Assembly: GCA_942492025.1 (NCBI GenBank)
Contig: CALODJ010000003.1
Coordinates: 79,648 to 143,647, forward strand
Direction: 5' to 3'
DNA from: an uncultured Gammaproteobacteria bacterium
GTDB taxonomy: Bacteria; Pseudomonadota; Gammaproteobacteria; SZUA-229
Length of the DNA stretch: 64,000 bases
The notes under the pieces are model-generated. The model worked only from the letters and a program-made list of their open reading frames with translations, ran no database searches and was not told the DNA's origin. This document shows positions 62,946 through 64,000 of the stretch, in pieces (within the stretch, counting starts at the first letter, position 1; each line of letters opens with the position of its first letter). The position numbers and the translations under genes were made by a program.

Positions 62946-64000
62946 ATGACCGATGATATTGACTTTGTAATTGATGAAGCTGAAGCCACAGATGTATCGT
63001 ACATTCTCGACAGTCTGAACGAAGCTCAACGCGAGGCTGTGACTGCACCGCCGGGCCATGTGCTTGTACTCGCCGGTGCGGGTAGCGGCAAGACGCGGGT
63101 GCTGGTCCACCGGATCGCCTGGTTGTGTCAGGTCGAGGCTATCTCACCGTTCAATATCTTTGCCGTGACTTTTACCAACAAAGCCGCAGCCGAGATGCGC
63201 GCGCGTGTCGAAAAACTCCAGGGAATGCCCTCGGCGGGTATGTGGGTCGGCACGTTTCATGGTCTGTCACATCGTCTGCTGCGCTCTCACTGGAAAGAGG
63301 CCGGTTTGACCCAGGCTTTCCAGATACTGGATGCTGATGATCAGTACCGTCTGATCAGGCGCGTGTTGAAGGCGCTGGAGCTGGATGAGGCGCGATGGCC
63401 GCCAAAGCAGGCACAGGCCTTCATCAATGCGCGTAAGGATGAGGGGCAGCGGCCGCAGCATATCGACACTTCACATAATCCTGTCTATACCCAGCTGGTG
63501 AGAATATACACAGCCTACGAAGCCGCCTGCCAGCGTGCCGGTGTCATCGATTTTGCAGAATTGCTGTTGAGAACACTCGAGTTGCTGCGTGACAATGATT
63601 CATTGCTGCAACATTACCAGCACCGCTTCAAGCATATTCTGGTGGATGAGTTTCAGGATACCAATACCATCCAGTACGCGCTGGTCAGGTTGCTGGCCGG
63701 TGAAGGTGGCAAGGTTTTTATCGTCGGTGACGATGATCAGGCGATCTACGCATGGCGAGGCGCGCGCGTTGAGAACATTCACCGCTTCCAGCACGATTTC
63801 AAAAATGCACAGGTCATCAGGCTGGAACAGAACTATCGCTCGACAACAACGATACTCTCTGCTGCCAATGCATTGATCGACCACAACAGTGACCGATTGG
63901 GTAAAAAGCTGTGGACCAGCGGTGAGGACGGTGAGCAGATTCTCTTTTATAACGCCTACAACGAAATCGATGAGGCGCGTTTCGTCATTGACCGGGCAAA
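62946..64000 (+). CDS. uvrD: DNA helicase II, 5' part (runs off window)
   Basis: Not in ORF track; DVSYILDSLNEAQREAV, VLAGAGSGKTRVLVHRIAWL, VTFTNKAA, LVDEFQDTN, VGDDDQAIY, LEQNYRS. Confidence 0.95.
   Translation, partial: MTDDIDFVIDEAEATDVSYILDSLNEAQREAVTAPPGHVLVLAGAGSGKTRVLVHRIAWLCQVEAISPFNIFAVTFTNKAAAEMRARVEKLQGMPSAGMWVGTFHGLSHRLLRSHWKEAGLTQAFQILDADDQYRLIRRVLKALELDEARWPPKQAQAFINARKDEGQRPQHIDTSHNPVYTQLVRIYTAYEAACQRAGVIDFAELLLRTLELLRDNDSLLQHYQHRFKHILVDEFQDTNTIQYALVRLLAGEGGKVFIVGDDDQAIYAWRGARVENIHRFQHDFKNAQVIRLEQNYRSTTTILSAANALIDHNSDRLGKKLWTSGEDGEQILFYNAYNEIDEARFVIDRA

Overview
Origin-of-replication region of a gammaproteobacterial chromosome, possibly a sulfur oxidiser given a SoxL-like rhodanese. 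Left arm (- strand): atpA'-H-F-E-B-I, parB, parA, rsmG, mnmG, an inserted purU/FAH/TauE block, then mnmE, yidC, yidD, rnpA and rpmH. Centre: dnaA, oriC, dnaN, recF (with two parS palindromes inside), gyrB and an extra DnaA-box cluster. Right arm: ubiD; an ~18 kb envelope/accessory block (AsmA-like, TerC, TamA, TamB, OM barrel, lipoprotein, an IS110/IS1111 element, MscS, NhaA, DUF4156, DUF481, Grx); ferredoxin reductase, cls, truncated hemY, hemD, algR, algZ, argH; lptM-lysA-[small Cys peptide + rhodanese]-dapF-DUF484-xerC; yaaA, hslVU, DUF971, ubiE-J-B and uvrD'. The standout is the IS1111-type element. Its 3' non-coding region contains four 8-11 nt segments matching its own target and donor junctions, placed in two stem-closed internal loops, i.e. 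a readable bridge/seek RNA with a predictable target. Intergenic regions carry at least five palindromic repeat families, two of them assembled into nested composites flanking dapF-xerC. All product calls are from motif recognition in the translations; no database search or folding program was run.
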